From NCBI GenBank assembly GCA_963749915.1, contig CAVVOP010000008.1, forward strand, positions 256,001 through 320,000: a stretch of DNA of 64,000 nucleotides, written 5' to 3'. This DNA is from an uncultured cyanobacterium (lineage in GTDB: Bacteria; Cyanobacteriota; Cyanobacteriia; Cyanobacteriales; Cyanobacteriaceae). A program made the position numbers and the translations under genes. The notes under the pieces were generated by a model. That model saw nothing but the letters and a program-made list of their open reading frames with translations, was not told where the DNA came from and made no database searches. Every line of letters starts with the position of its first letter. Position 1 is the first letter of the stretch. This document shows, one piece after another, positions 22,528 through 31,901 of this stretch.

Positions 22528-23202
22528 ATGAACCCTAACCTTAATTCTACAGAAAAAAATAACCAAGAGACGAACCACATCAACCCTCGTTATAAATCTC
22601 CTAAGCTTGTTTTAGAAAATATTTTTGCTTTTTCTCCTAATCGGGACACCTTGGGGGGCACTTCTTACTTATTGATTCATGGTCAGGGAAACGTTTTAAT
22701 TGATTGTCCATCATGGCACGAATTTAACCGAAAATTTTGTCTTGACAAGGGGGGAGTGAAACATTTATTTTTAACCAATCGTGATGGTATCAGTAAACAT
22801 ATTGATCAAATTAAAAAAGATCTTAATTGTGATGTAATTATTCAAGAACAAGAGGCTTATTTATTACCCCATCAGGACCCCATTACTTTCATTCAAGATT
22901 ATACCCTTTATGATGATTGCGAGTTAATATGGACACCGGGTTATTCTCCCGGATCTGCTTGCTTATATTATGCTGATCATGGTGGAGTTTTATTTTCAGG
23001 AAGGCATTTGTTACCCACTGGCAACAATCAAGTTACTGCTTTAAAATTGAAAAAAACTTTTCATCATCCAAGACAATTAAGCAGTGTTAAGTTATTATGC
23101 GATCGCTTTTCAGAAGATAACTTAAAATATATTTGTCCGGGTGCTAATACGGGATATTTACGGGGCAAAAGTTTTGTTGAAGATGCTTACAATCAGATTT
23201 AA
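22528..23202 (+). CDS. MBL-fold metallo-hydrolase
   Basis: FSPNRDTLGGTSY, GNVLIDCP, WTPGYSPGS, ICPGANTG. Confidence 0.8.
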   Translation: MNPNLNSTEKNNQETNHINPRYKSPKLVLENIFAFSPNRDTLGGTSYLLIHGQGNVLIDCPSWHEFNRKFCLDKGGVKHLFLTNRDGISKHIDQIKKDLNCDVIIQEQEAYLLPHQDPITFIQDYTLYDDCELIWTPGYSPGSACLYYADHGGVLFSGRHLLPTGNNQVTALKLKKTFHHPRQLSSVKLLCDRFSEDNLKYICPGANTGYLRGKSFVEDAYNQI

Positions 23203-23205
23203 AGA

Positions 23206-23251
23206 GGCAGTACCCGCGTCGGCGAAAGACGCACTTGGCAGCGCACCAAGA
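23206..23251 (+). repeat. Short GC-rich hairpin dispersed repeat
   Basis: CCCGCGTCGGCGAAAGACGCA..GCGCACCAAGA, shared with the insert at 35051..35099 on the opposite strand. Confidence 0.6.
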
Positions 23252-23415
23252 GAGAGGTCAGAAGAGAATAAATTCGTGAAAATTCTAGTTCTGAATTTTG
23301 AATTTTGAATTCTGAATTTCCCTGACCATGACGTTTTTGCCACTAACCGAACAGTATTGCTATTGCCTATCCACCTGTCCACCTTGTCTTTCTGACCACG
23401 AACTCCGAACTCAAT

Positions 23416-24063
23416 TTATTTCTGGTTAATTTCGCCATCGAAAAGACTAACCCAAAATCGCTCTTTTCCCCTAACACCTGTACAAAACAATAATTCCTCC
23501 AACAAAGATAATGCCAATTTATTTAATTCCTCCGGGGCGGATAAATAAACAGATACTTTTGCACGACGAGGATTCATCCGACTGGTAAAATGGGATTGAA
23601 ACCTCCTAAAATATTCTGACAGACGGAAATTATTTTCTAATGGCATATCTTTGTCTCTCATCTGTTGAACAGACACTAACAGTTGTCGAATAGGAATTAT
23701 ACATTTTTTGGCACTTTCGGCAGTAATTAGCACTAAAGCCTTAGCTTGAGATAAAGTTAGTAAATCTCTGGTATAACATTTGCGCCAAGGATTGCTACAG
23801 CGTAACCGCCATAAACTAAGACGATTCTTGACAATCTCATTTAAACCCAATTCTTTGGCCGTTGCTAACATATATTCTGATCCGCCTAACTGTAAAGCTT
23901 CTAAGGCTAATAACAATAAATCGAGATGTTGTTGGAGTTTGATCATACCGCTAGTGGAGGGCAAAGAAAAATCCGTTAGTTGATGGAGGATTGCGGCTGG
24001 TGATTGATCTTCGGTAATTCGTTCAGGGTTGAAATCAGACATTAAAGAAGCAGATTGAGTCAT
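23416..24063 (-). CDS. DUF3038 family protein
   Basis: LDLLLLALEAL, LWRLRCSNPWR, LLFCTG..G.ERFWVSLFDGE. Confidence 0.75.
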   Translation of the reverse strand: MTQSASLMSDFNPERITEDQSPAAILHQLTDFSLPSTSGMIKLQQHLDLLLLALEALQLGGSEYMLATAKELGLNEIVKNRLSLWRLRCSNPWRKCYTRDLLTLSQAKALVLITAESAKKCIIPIRQLLVSVQQMRDKDMPLENNFRLSEYFRRFQSHFTSRMNPRRAKVSVYLSAPEELNKLALSLLEELLFCTGVRGKERFWVSLFDGEINQK

Positions 24064-24236
24064 CAGAGAGTAATTAATAAATTAATAATTGATCATTGAC
24101 AATTGATAATTGATAAATAACTTTTATTGGTTGTCTTTTGCCTTACTCAATTGGTCATTATATTATACAATTCATTGTCTAAAGAAAAAAATTAGATTGC
24201 TCTATGGTCAAAATTTATGTTTAAATAGCAATTATT

Positions 24237-24758
24237 ATGGATTTAAAAGCTCTTATTCGTGATATACCTGATTTTCCTCAATCTGGCATTATTTTTCGAG
24301 ATATAACAACTTTACTCAAAAATCCCCAAGGTTTAAAGTATGTCATTGATAGTTTAGCGGTAGAGACGGAAAAACTAGATATCTTACCTGATTATATTGT
24401 CGGGATTGAGTCAAGGGGCTTTATTTTTGCTCCTGCTTTAGCCTATCATCTGGATGCTGGTTTTGTGCCAGTGCGTAAAAAAGGTAAATTACCAGCGGAG
24501 GTTTTTGCCATTGAATATGATTTAGAATATGGAACAGATATTCTCGAAATTCACCAAGATTCTTTTACGACAGGTGCGAAAGTAATGATTGTGGATGATG
24601 TAATCGCCACGGGAGGCACGGCTAAAGCCACGGCAGATTTACTAACTCAAATCGGTTGTGATATTGTGGCTTGTGGTTTCATTGTGGAATTAGAAGGTTT
24701 ACAGGGGAGACAGAAATTGCCTGATGTACCCATGGTTACACTAGTTAAGTATAGTTAG
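24237..24758 (+). CDS. apt: Adenine phosphoribosyltransferase
   Basis: [40 protein letters not shown]. Confidence 0.96.
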   Translation: MDLKALIRDIPDFPQSGIIFRDITTLLKNPQGLKYVIDSLAVETEKLDILPDYIVGIESRGFIFAPALAYHLDAGFVPVRKKGKLPAEVFAIEYDLEYGTDILEIHQDSFTTGAKVMIVDDVIATGGTAKATADLLTQIGCDIVACGFIVELEGLQGRQKLPDVPMVTLVKYS

Positions 24759-24972
24759 ATTTAACAAGGGAGACCAGATATTAACCCCATACCTATTTTA
24801 TCCCTACTAACTGCCATCGCATTGATACTAAATGGGTTCTATACGGTTCGTATCATCAAGATTAATGTATCGTATTGTTACGTTATCGGGTAGTTTTTTT
24901 TGAAATTTGTCTATTATGGGGTTGAACAGGCGGGCCGCGAGGTCCCATAAAAATTAAAACAATGATAAGCTT

Positions 24973-25887
24973 ATGCTGAGCAAAATCTGTGGTGTGATAG
25001 ACCAAGGGGATCTTCCACAAGCACCTTATAAAAACTTAGTGTCTGATTCTAAAAGTAGAGAAACAATTAAATTACCTTCAGATCTAATTTCTGAAAATTC
25101 TATTTTTGAATTAGAGGAACCAATAGATAAGCCTCTAAAAGGAATAGATAATTCTCCAAAAAACCGTCAAACAGTACGTATAAATGAGTTAGACGATTTA
25201 TTACATGGAGGCTTGTTGAGTGATACTTACGGAGTGGATCAAAATCACAGACCTGGTCATAAACCCCCTGGTGGTAATGCTTCATCACGCAGTAGTTATC
25301 CAATAGATTTTTTTACTGTTGCTCTTCACGAGATCGGCCATTCATTGGGTTTGTCACATGGGGATCCCAAGGATGGTAGAAAAGCTATTATGGATCCATT
25401 TTATAGTGGGCCAGAAACTGGTCTATATAAAAATGATAAACAAAGAATTAAGGCTTTATATAAAAATCTAAATGGTACAGGTAATCGCTGGAATGAAAAG
25501 AATGATCGAAATCCTGGCAATGGTGTTCTCGAGGTGACCTACAGTTTTATGCCTAATGGAACAAGATTAGATCAAGGAAGAAACAATTGGTATAAAAAGT
25601 TTAATGCTTTATTCCCAAGGAAAGAATGGTTAAATATTGTACAACGTGTATTTCAAGAATGGGAAGCCGCCATTGAGGAAGGCGGAATCAAAATAGATTT
25701 TATAAAGGTTTCGGATAATGGAGTACAATTTAACGCTCGAGGGAAAGGAAGTCAAGGAGACATTCGCATTGGCTCTCATCCTTTTGACGGACCATTAGGA
25801 GTATTAGCTCATGGTTACTATCCACCACCAAATGGGAATACAGCGGCCGGTGACGTTCATTTTGATTCATCGGAACACTGGGTTTAA
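24973..25887 (+). CDS. Matrixin (M10/MMP-like) zinc metalloprotease with permuted domain order
   Basis: HEIGHSLGLSH and Met-turn AIMDPFY; FDGPLGVLAHGYYP and GDVHFDSSEHW lie C-terminal to them. Confidence 0.85.
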   Translation: MLSKICGVIDQGDLPQAPYKNLVSDSKSRETIKLPSDLISENSIFELEEPIDKPLKGIDNSPKNRQTVRINELDDLLHGGLLSDTYGVDQNHRPGHKPPGGNASSRSSYPIDFFTVALHEIGHSLGLSHGDPKDGRKAIMDPFYSGPETGLYKNDKQRIKALYKNLNGTGNRWNEKNDRNPGNGVLEVTYSFMPNGTRLDQGRNNWYKKFNALFPRKEWLNIVQRVFQEWEAAIEEGGIKIDFIKVSDNGVQFNARGKGSQGDIRIGSHPFDGPLGVLAHGYYPPPNGNTAAGDVHFDSSEHWV

Positions 25888-26049
25888 TCATCAAAATGAT
25901 CGATGGCGTTTATGGGAAAATGATTTAAATCGCTATAGCTACTGACTTTGTTTATATTGATTTTATCAGGAGAGCTTTACTTATGTCTCGAACTCCTCTT
26001 CCCTATCCTTGTCACAACACATAATTATTCAAATCCCTCGCAGTATTGA

Positions 26050-26182
26050 GTGGCATATTAAGTGGCAAACAGTGCATCATCTATGATCAGGAACAACAGC
26101 GGCCATGAGGGCGAGACTAACTAATGAGAGATGGAATTGGAACAACTTGGCACTCTATCCCACACTTCTTTGATACACGACC
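26050..26182 (+). pseudogene. IS1-family transposase 3' remnant with terminal repeat
   Basis: GTTAAMRARLTNERWNWNNLALYPTLL* followed by TGATACACGACC, matching the end of the IS1 at 34557. Confidence 0.6.
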
Positions 26183-26194
26183 AGAAAAGCTAGT

Positions 26195-26749
26195 CTAACT
26201 TTTCACGGCATCTTTTTCGGTTGACAGGTGTTAGGTGTTAGGGGTTGGGTGTTAGGATTAGGGATTGAGGATAAGCTTTAATAGTTGAACAGTCAAAAAA
26301 AACACTTAGAAACTGATGGGAATACAATCCTATAGAGACTTAAAGGTTTGGCAAACAGGCATGGATTTAGCAGAAGAATGCTACTTAGTTACTCGCAATT
26401 TCCCCAAAGAAGAACTTTACGGGTTAATTTCTCAGATTCGTCGAGCATCAGCCTCTATTCCCGCCAATGTCGCTGAGGGGCATAGTCGAAAAACCCGAAA
26501 AGAATATATACAGTTTTTATACATAGCACAAGGCTCTCTTAAAGAATTAGAAACTCATCTTTTATTGTCGAAAAGGGTAAAGTTAGGAGAGGGGAAAGTC
26601 ATTGATTCTCTTTTAAATAGATGTGAATCCCTCGGAAGATTATTATCAGCATTGATTCGTGCCCTCGAAAACAAAAACTGAATTTTCCCTATCACCCAAC
26701 CCCTAACACCCAAACCCTTTCTCAGGGAAAAGATACCGTGAAAAGTCAG
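26195..26749. mobile_element. MITE-like element carrying a four-helix-bundle gene; 10-bp target duplication AAAAGCTAGT
   Basis: TIRs CTAACTTTTCACGGCATCTTTT and AAAAGATACCGTGAAAAGTCAG; direct repeats at 26185..26194 and 26750..26759. Confidence 0.8.
26316..26681 (+). CDS. Four helix bundle protein (23S rRNA IVP / Avd-like)
   Basis: SYRDLKVWQ, FPKEELYGLISQIRRASASIPANVAEG, FLYIAQGSLKELETHL. Confidence 0.9.
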   Translation: MGIQSYRDLKVWQTGMDLAEECYLVTRNFPKEELYGLISQIRRASASIPANVAEGHSRKTRKEYIQFLYIAQGSLKELETHLLLSKRVKLGEGKVIDSLLNRCESLGRLLSALIRALENKN

Positions 26750-26770
26750 AAAAGCTAGTGGGGCTCAATT

Positions 26771-28033
26771 ATGGATTTAATCATCATTACCCGTTTATTT
26801 ATAGCCTTAGTCTTAGGTTTAATTATTGGTTTAGAAAGAGGTTGGACTAGTCGAAAAACTCCCCCAGAATCAGGTAGTGGTGGTTTGAGAAATTTTGGCT
26901 TGGTGGGATTATTCGGTGGTGTAGCAGCTTTATTAGCAGAGCATTGGGGCAATGGTGTTCTGGCGGCTATTTTTTTAGGACTATCAATTTTGGTAAGTAC
27001 ATCTTATGTTTTGAGTGCACAAAAATCTCAGGATTATGGTAGTACTACAGAGCTAGCTTTACTGATTACTTTTATTTTAGGTGCTTTAGTTATCAATGGC
27101 TATGGTTTGGAGGCAATTGCCGTTGCAGTTATTGTTACTTGGTTATTAAAGTTAAAACCAGAAATTCATCAGATGCTCATTTGGCTCACCAAGCAAGAGT
27201 TAGTGGCAACCCTGCAACTATTATTATTATCCTTAGTTACTTTGCCTTTGCTTCCCAATCAAGATCTAGGACCTTGGCAAGCTCTTAATCCTAGAGCGAT
27301 AGGTCTTTTAGTTTTACTAATCATTAGTATTTCCTATGTAGGTTATTTCATCATTCGTCTTTGGCAAAATAAAGCAGGTATCTTGTTAGTAGGACTCTTA
27401 GGAGGATTAGCTTCTTCTACCGCTACAACTATTGCTTTAGCTCGCATTGCCAAACAAAAACAAGCCCCCATTAAACTTCTGGCTACGGCCATCGCTTTAG
27501 CGACGGGAACAATGGCTCCTCGTTTACTCTTAGTAATAGCAGTAATTAATTCTCAATTAGCAAATAAATTAGCTATTCCCTTAATAATCTTAGGATTTAT
27601 TCCCGTAATTATCGCTTTAATCTTAATTGGAAAAGGAATTGATCAAAAAACGACTAACATACCATTTCAACTCTTTAATCCTTTTGAAATTAGTATTGCA
27701 CTTCAATACTCTTTGATTCTGGTGATTCTCTCACTTCTAATAAAAGTTGGAGAACAATGGTTAGGAAATACCGGAATATATCTAGTTTCTGCCTTTTCCG
27801 GATTAGCAGATGTTGATGCGATCAGTATTTCCTTAGCTCGTATGACTAATCAAACCATCGCTTTTTCTGTGGCACAAATAAGTATTTTTCTGGCTGTAAC
27901 CATGAATATCATAGTTAAAATCTTTTTAACTAGATTTATCGGTGGCAAGGAATTATCTCGTTGGTGCGGAATTATTTTACTGGGCTCTCTTGTTCTCAGT
28001 GGTTTAACTATTTGGGGATTAAATATAATTTAA
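26771..28033 (+). CDS. MgtC/SapB family membrane protein (DUF4010)
   Basis: LIIGLERGW, GLRNF, GGLASSTATT, SGLADVDAI. Confidence 0.85.
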   Translation: MDLIIITRLFIALVLGLIIGLERGWTSRKTPPESGSGGLRNFGLVGLFGGVAALLAEHWGNGVLAAIFLGLSILVSTSYVLSAQKSQDYGSTTELALLITFILGALVINGYGLEAIAVAVIVTWLLKLKPEIHQMLIWLTKQELVATLQLLLLSLVTLPLLPNQDLGPWQALNPRAIGLLVLLIISISYVGYFIIRLWQNKAGILLVGLLGGLASSTATTIALARIAKQKQAPIKLLATAIALATGTMAPRLLLVIAVINSQLANKLAIPLIILGFIPVIIALILIGKGIDQKTTNIPFQLFNPFEISIALQYSLILVILSLLIKVGEQWLGNTGIYLVSAFSGLADVDAISISLARMTNQTIAFSVAQISIFLAVTMNIIVKIFLTRFIGGKELSRWCGIILLGSLVLSGLTIWGLNII

Positions 28034-28202
28034 CCTACATTCAGCAGATTTCTCAACAAAGGAAATTCTTAATGCAGAGGGCAGAAGGTAATAAATTCGT
28101 GTCACTTATTACTTATTACTTATTACTTTTCCCTCACAGTAACCTTTTCGGCACGCTTTCGAGATTGTAAGTTCGGCGGCACCAATGGACAATTAACCTT
28201 GA

Positions 28203-29180
28203 TTAGGTTTCTAAGAAGACTCCTAAGTTACGGAATTTTTGGTACCTGAGTTCTTTTCTTTCTTCGGAGGTAAGGTTCCATAAGTATTCTAAATTTTCTA
28301 AAATACCTTGTTTGAGAATAGCAGCAGTGGCAAGGGGATCGGAATGTGCACATCCGGGGGGTTCCGGTAATATTTGATCGATGATGCCTAATTCTTTTAA
28401 GTCTTTAGCTGTAATTTTCAGGGCGATGGCAGCTTGATCTGATTTTTTGGCATCCTTCCATAATATGGCGGCACAGGCTTCCGGACTAGCTACGGTATAA
28501 ACAGAGTGTTCAAACATCATCAATTTTTCGGCAACACCAATTCCTAATGCACCTCCAGAACCTCCTTCCCCAATTACTGTAGTAATGATGGGCACATCTA
28601 AACTAAACATTTCCCTTAGATTATAAGCGATCGCTTCCCCTTGTCCTAATTTTTCGGCTTCTACTCCAGCATAAGCTCCCGGAGTGTCTATAAAGGTGAT
28701 AATAGGCATAGAAAAGCGGTTAGCGTGTTCCATTAAACGCATGGCTTTACGATAACCTCCGGGGGATGCCATGCCAAAATTACGAGCTACGTTGTCTTTT
28801 GTATCCCTTCCTTTTTGATGTCCAATAATTATAACTGCACGACCGTCTAATTTAGCAATACCGCCAATTAAGGCAGGATCGTCATAACCTCGACGATCGC
28901 CATGTAACTCGAACCATTCATCGGTCATAGCTTGGATATAATCAAGGGTAGACGGGCGACGGGGATGACGGGCGACTTGTAGTTTTTGCGATGGAGTTAA
29001 GGTGCTAAAAATTTCTTTGCGTAGTTGTTCAGCTCTACCCTCTAATTCTTGGAGTTGTTCGGAAACATCCACCTGATTTTCCTCTGCCAATTCACGAATT
29101 TGACTAATTCTAGCCTGTAATTCTACTAGGGGTTTTTCAAATTCTAATAAAAAGGTACGTTTTTGTTCTGTTTTTGCCAT
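28203..29180 (-). CDS. accA: Acetyl-CoA carboxylase carboxyltransferase alpha subunit
   Basis: [39 protein letters not shown]. Confidence 0.97.
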   Translation of the reverse strand: MAKTEQKRTFLLEFEKPLVELQARISQIRELAEENQVDVSEQLQELEGRAEQLRKEIFSTLTPSQKLQVARHPRRPSTLDYIQAMTDEWFELHGDRRGYDDPALIGGIAKLDGRAVIIIGHQKGRDTKDNVARNFGMASPGGYRKAMRLMEHANRFSMPIITFIDTPGAYAGVEAEKLGQGEAIAYNLREMFSLDVPIITTVIGEGGSGGALGIGVAEKLMMFEHSVYTVASPEACAAILWKDAKKSDQAAIALKITAKDLKELGIIDQILPEPPGCAHSDPLATAAILKQGILENLEYLWNLTSEERKELRYQKFRNLGVFLET

Positions 29181-29311
29181 AAAAATTTTTTATATAAGTA
29201 AATAATTAAGAATTGCGTCGGTGGAATTAGTAACAGCTTAAAAAAACTATTAGAGCTTTGTATTGGGTTTCCATTTGCTCAATTCAACCCACGAGAAGTC
29301 TGTTAGGAAGC

Positions 29312-30229
29312 TTAAATTAAACCGAGACATAACAATAAACCACTGAAAAAGTGTAGGTTAACGGCGATAAATTTACTATTTTTCACTTTCTCTGGTCGAT
29401 TATGATATTTATTAACATGGTTAGTTAATTGATAAGCGATGGGCACACTTAGCATTACGATTAAAGCACTATCGGGTAATATTTTTACTACTGTCAACAG
29501 GACACATAAGCCGTAAAATAGAATTACAGATATTGTTAAGACTTTTGAACCTAAATCCGTTCCTAGTCTAACAATAGGAGATTTTTTACCGGCGGCTATA
29601 TCATCTTTGACCTGATGAAAATGGGAACAAAAAAGGATAATTGAGGTTGATATGCCAATAATACTCGATGCCCAGAGAGAAGACAAGGAAAATAATTGGG
29701 TTTGACTATAATAAGCTGATGCGATGGCCATGGGACCGAAGGCCACAAAACAGATTAATTCTCCTAAACCTAAGTAACCAAAGCGGAAAGGAGGTCCTTG
29801 ATAACTATAACCTAAGGCACAGGAAGTCATAATTAACCATAACACCGTCCAGTCTTTGAGCCAATAATTAATTAAGAGAATCCCTCCGAAACCTAATAGT
29901 ATACACATCATACTAATCCAGAAAACAAGGGTTTTATTTCCTGTCAGATTCACCACCGAATGTGCTTTATTCACGTCAATTCCCGTATCAGAGTCAAAAA
30001 CATCATTACTGAGATTTAGCCATGCGATAATAAAAATTGCCGATAATAAAAAAGTGATAAAAATATCGCGGTGAAATATCCCTGTTTCTGCGTAGGCTAA
30101 AGCAGTACCAAAACTAATAGGAATAATGGCCACAGTGTACATGGGCGGTTTTATCGCCGCAAACCAAAGTTGACGTTTACTCGGTGATTGATTGACAATT
30201 AAGGATGTTGTTTCATCGGTTATGGTCAT
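29312..30229 (-). CDS. menA: 2-carboxy-1,4-naphthoquinone phytyltransferase
   Basis: AIKPPMYTVA, NLSNDVFDSDTGID, YQGPPFR, DDIAAGKKSPIVRLG; divergent from menF. Confidence 0.92.
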   Translation of the reverse strand: MTITDETTSLIVNQSPSKRQLWFAAIKPPMYTVAIIPISFGTALAYAETGIFHRDIFITFLLSAIFIIAWLNLSNDVFDSDTGIDVNKAHSVVNLTGNKTLVFWISMMCILLGFGGILLINYWLKDWTVLWLIMTSCALGYSYQGPPFRFGYLGLGELICFVAFGPMAIASAYYSQTQLFSLSSLWASSIIGISTSIILFCSHFHQVKDDIAAGKKSPIVRLGTDLGSKVLTISVILFYGLCVLLTVVKILPDSALIVMLSVPIAYQLTNHVNKYHNRPEKVKNSKFIAVNLHFFSGLLLCLGLI

Positions 30230-30338
30230 GATCTTTAATTAGATATGATAGTTAGGAATATCAATTCATTATTTTCTATTGTTAATTGTCTATTGTCCAC
30301 CGTTAATTGTCCATCTAAATATTTGTAGTATTCGCTTT

Positions 30339-31769
30339 ATGCCTGTAATGCCTAACAACTTTCATCTTTTAGATTATCCTAATGCTTTCAAAGAGTTAAT
30401 TTTTCTGGCAAAATCTCAAGAAAACCAAGATAAAAATAATCATAATATCATCTCTATTTCTCATGTTATTGAGCCCATTGATCCTTTAATTTTTCTCTCG
30501 GTTATGAAAGAAAATAATCAGGTCTCTTTTTATTGGGATAATCAAAGAAAACAAGAGGCAGTGGTAGCGATCGGGGCAATTAAAAGTTTAAAGGTTAATG
30601 GAGACAAAACATTAGAAAATATAGCCAATGTAAATAGGTTTTATCAGTGTCAAAATTTTGTTAAAAATACTTTAAAAAATATCGATTATACTAGTAGCTT
30701 TTCAAATAATTTATATCCTCATTTTTTTTCTTATTTTACTTTCTTAAATAAACAAAATAATTATAGGTCATCTTTTTCCTTAGCAACTATTTTTCTCCCC
30801 TACATACAATTATTTAAAAAACAAGACAATTATACATTAACTATTAATACATACAATAATAATATCAAAAAAATTAACCAATGTATTGAAGATAATTTTA
30901 GCGAAAAAATAACATTAAATTATCAAGTAAAAAATGAACAAGAAAGCCCTCTATATTATAGTCTAGAGGAATCACAATATCAACCTTTTATCAATAAAGT
31001 TTATCAAGGATTAGAAGCTATTAATACTCAAAAATTAACGAAAATAGTAGTAGCCCACGCTTTACAGGTAAAAACAAACCAAAATTTTAATATTGTTAAA
31101 TCCCTCGATAATTTAAGAAAAAATCATCCTGATTGTTATATTTTTGCCATCGGTAATGAAGAAGGAGAAAATTTTATCGGTGCAAGTCCTGAAAGATTAC
31201 TTTCCATTCAGGATCATCAACTGGTAACTGATGCTTTAGCTGGATCCGCCCCCAGAGGGAAAAATGAAGGAGAAGATCTTATAATGGGGAAAAATTTACT
31301 CAATAGTGAGAAGGAAAAAAGAGAACATCAAGTAGTTAGTGACTTTATTTTTGAGCGGTTATCAAACATGGGTTTAAATCCCAAAAAGGCATCATTACAA
31401 CTTTTAAAATTATCAAATATTCAACATTTATGGACACCGATTTATGCGCAAATAACTTCTAATATTACACCTCTTGAAATTGTCAATAAGTTACACCCAA
31501 CCCCAGCCGTGGCAGGTGAACCAATTAATATTGCCTGTGGGGAAATTGAGGCCTCAGAAGATTTTGATCGTTCTTTATATGCCGCCCCCATTGGTTGGTT
31601 AGATATGCAAGGTAATTGCGAATTTATTGTGGGAATTAGATCTGCTTTAATTAAAGGAAATTCTGCCCTTTTATATGCTGGTGCTGGGATCGTAGCAGGA
31701 TCTAAACCTGAGCAAGAATTAACGGAAATCAAGCTGAAATTTCAAGCACTTTTACAAGGGTTAATCTAA
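30339..31769 (+). CDS. menF: Isochorismate synthase
   Basis: FIGASPERLL, ALAGSAPRG, EKEKREHQVV, LHPTPAVAG, YAGAGIVAGS; start taken as MPVMP. Confidence 0.9.
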   Translation: MPVMPNNFHLLDYPNAFKELIFLAKSQENQDKNNHNIISISHVIEPIDPLIFLSVMKENNQVSFYWDNQRKQEAVVAIGAIKSLKVNGDKTLENIANVNRFYQCQNFVKNTLKNIDYTSSFSNNLYPHFFSYFTFLNKQNNYRSSFSLATIFLPYIQLFKKQDNYTLTINTYNNNIKKINQCIEDNFSEKITLNYQVKNEQESPLYYSLEESQYQPFINKVYQGLEAINTQKLTKIVVAHALQVKTNQNFNIVKSLDNLRKNHPDCYIFAIGNEEGENFIGASPERLLSIQDHQLVTDALAGSAPRGKNEGEDLIMGKNLLNSEKEKREHQVVSDFIFERLSNMGLNPKKASLQLLKLSNIQHLWTPIYAQITSNITPLEIVNKLHPTPAVAGEPINIACGEIEASEDFDRSLYAAPIGWLDMQGNCEFIVGIRSALIKGNSALLYAGAGIVAGSKPEQELTEIKLKFQALLQGLI

Positions 31770-31901
31770 CAATTAACCATTAATTATTAAATGTTAATCC
31801 CCATAGGACTATATTGAATTTCTGGCTAAGGAAAAAGAATGAAGAAGATTCATCTTTAATTTAAGATATAGATTAACTATTGAATAAGTTTACAAAAATT
31901 T

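Noticed and set aside
24914..24950. Alternative hairpins with a GCGA tetraloop upstream of the protease as a riboswitch
   Set aside because: Too short, no match to an aptamer I recognise, and the 5' arm overlaps a likely -10 box
26316..26681. Avd-like gene as a sign of a diversity-generating retroelement
   Set aside because: No reverse transcriptase and no template/variable repeat pair seen in the window
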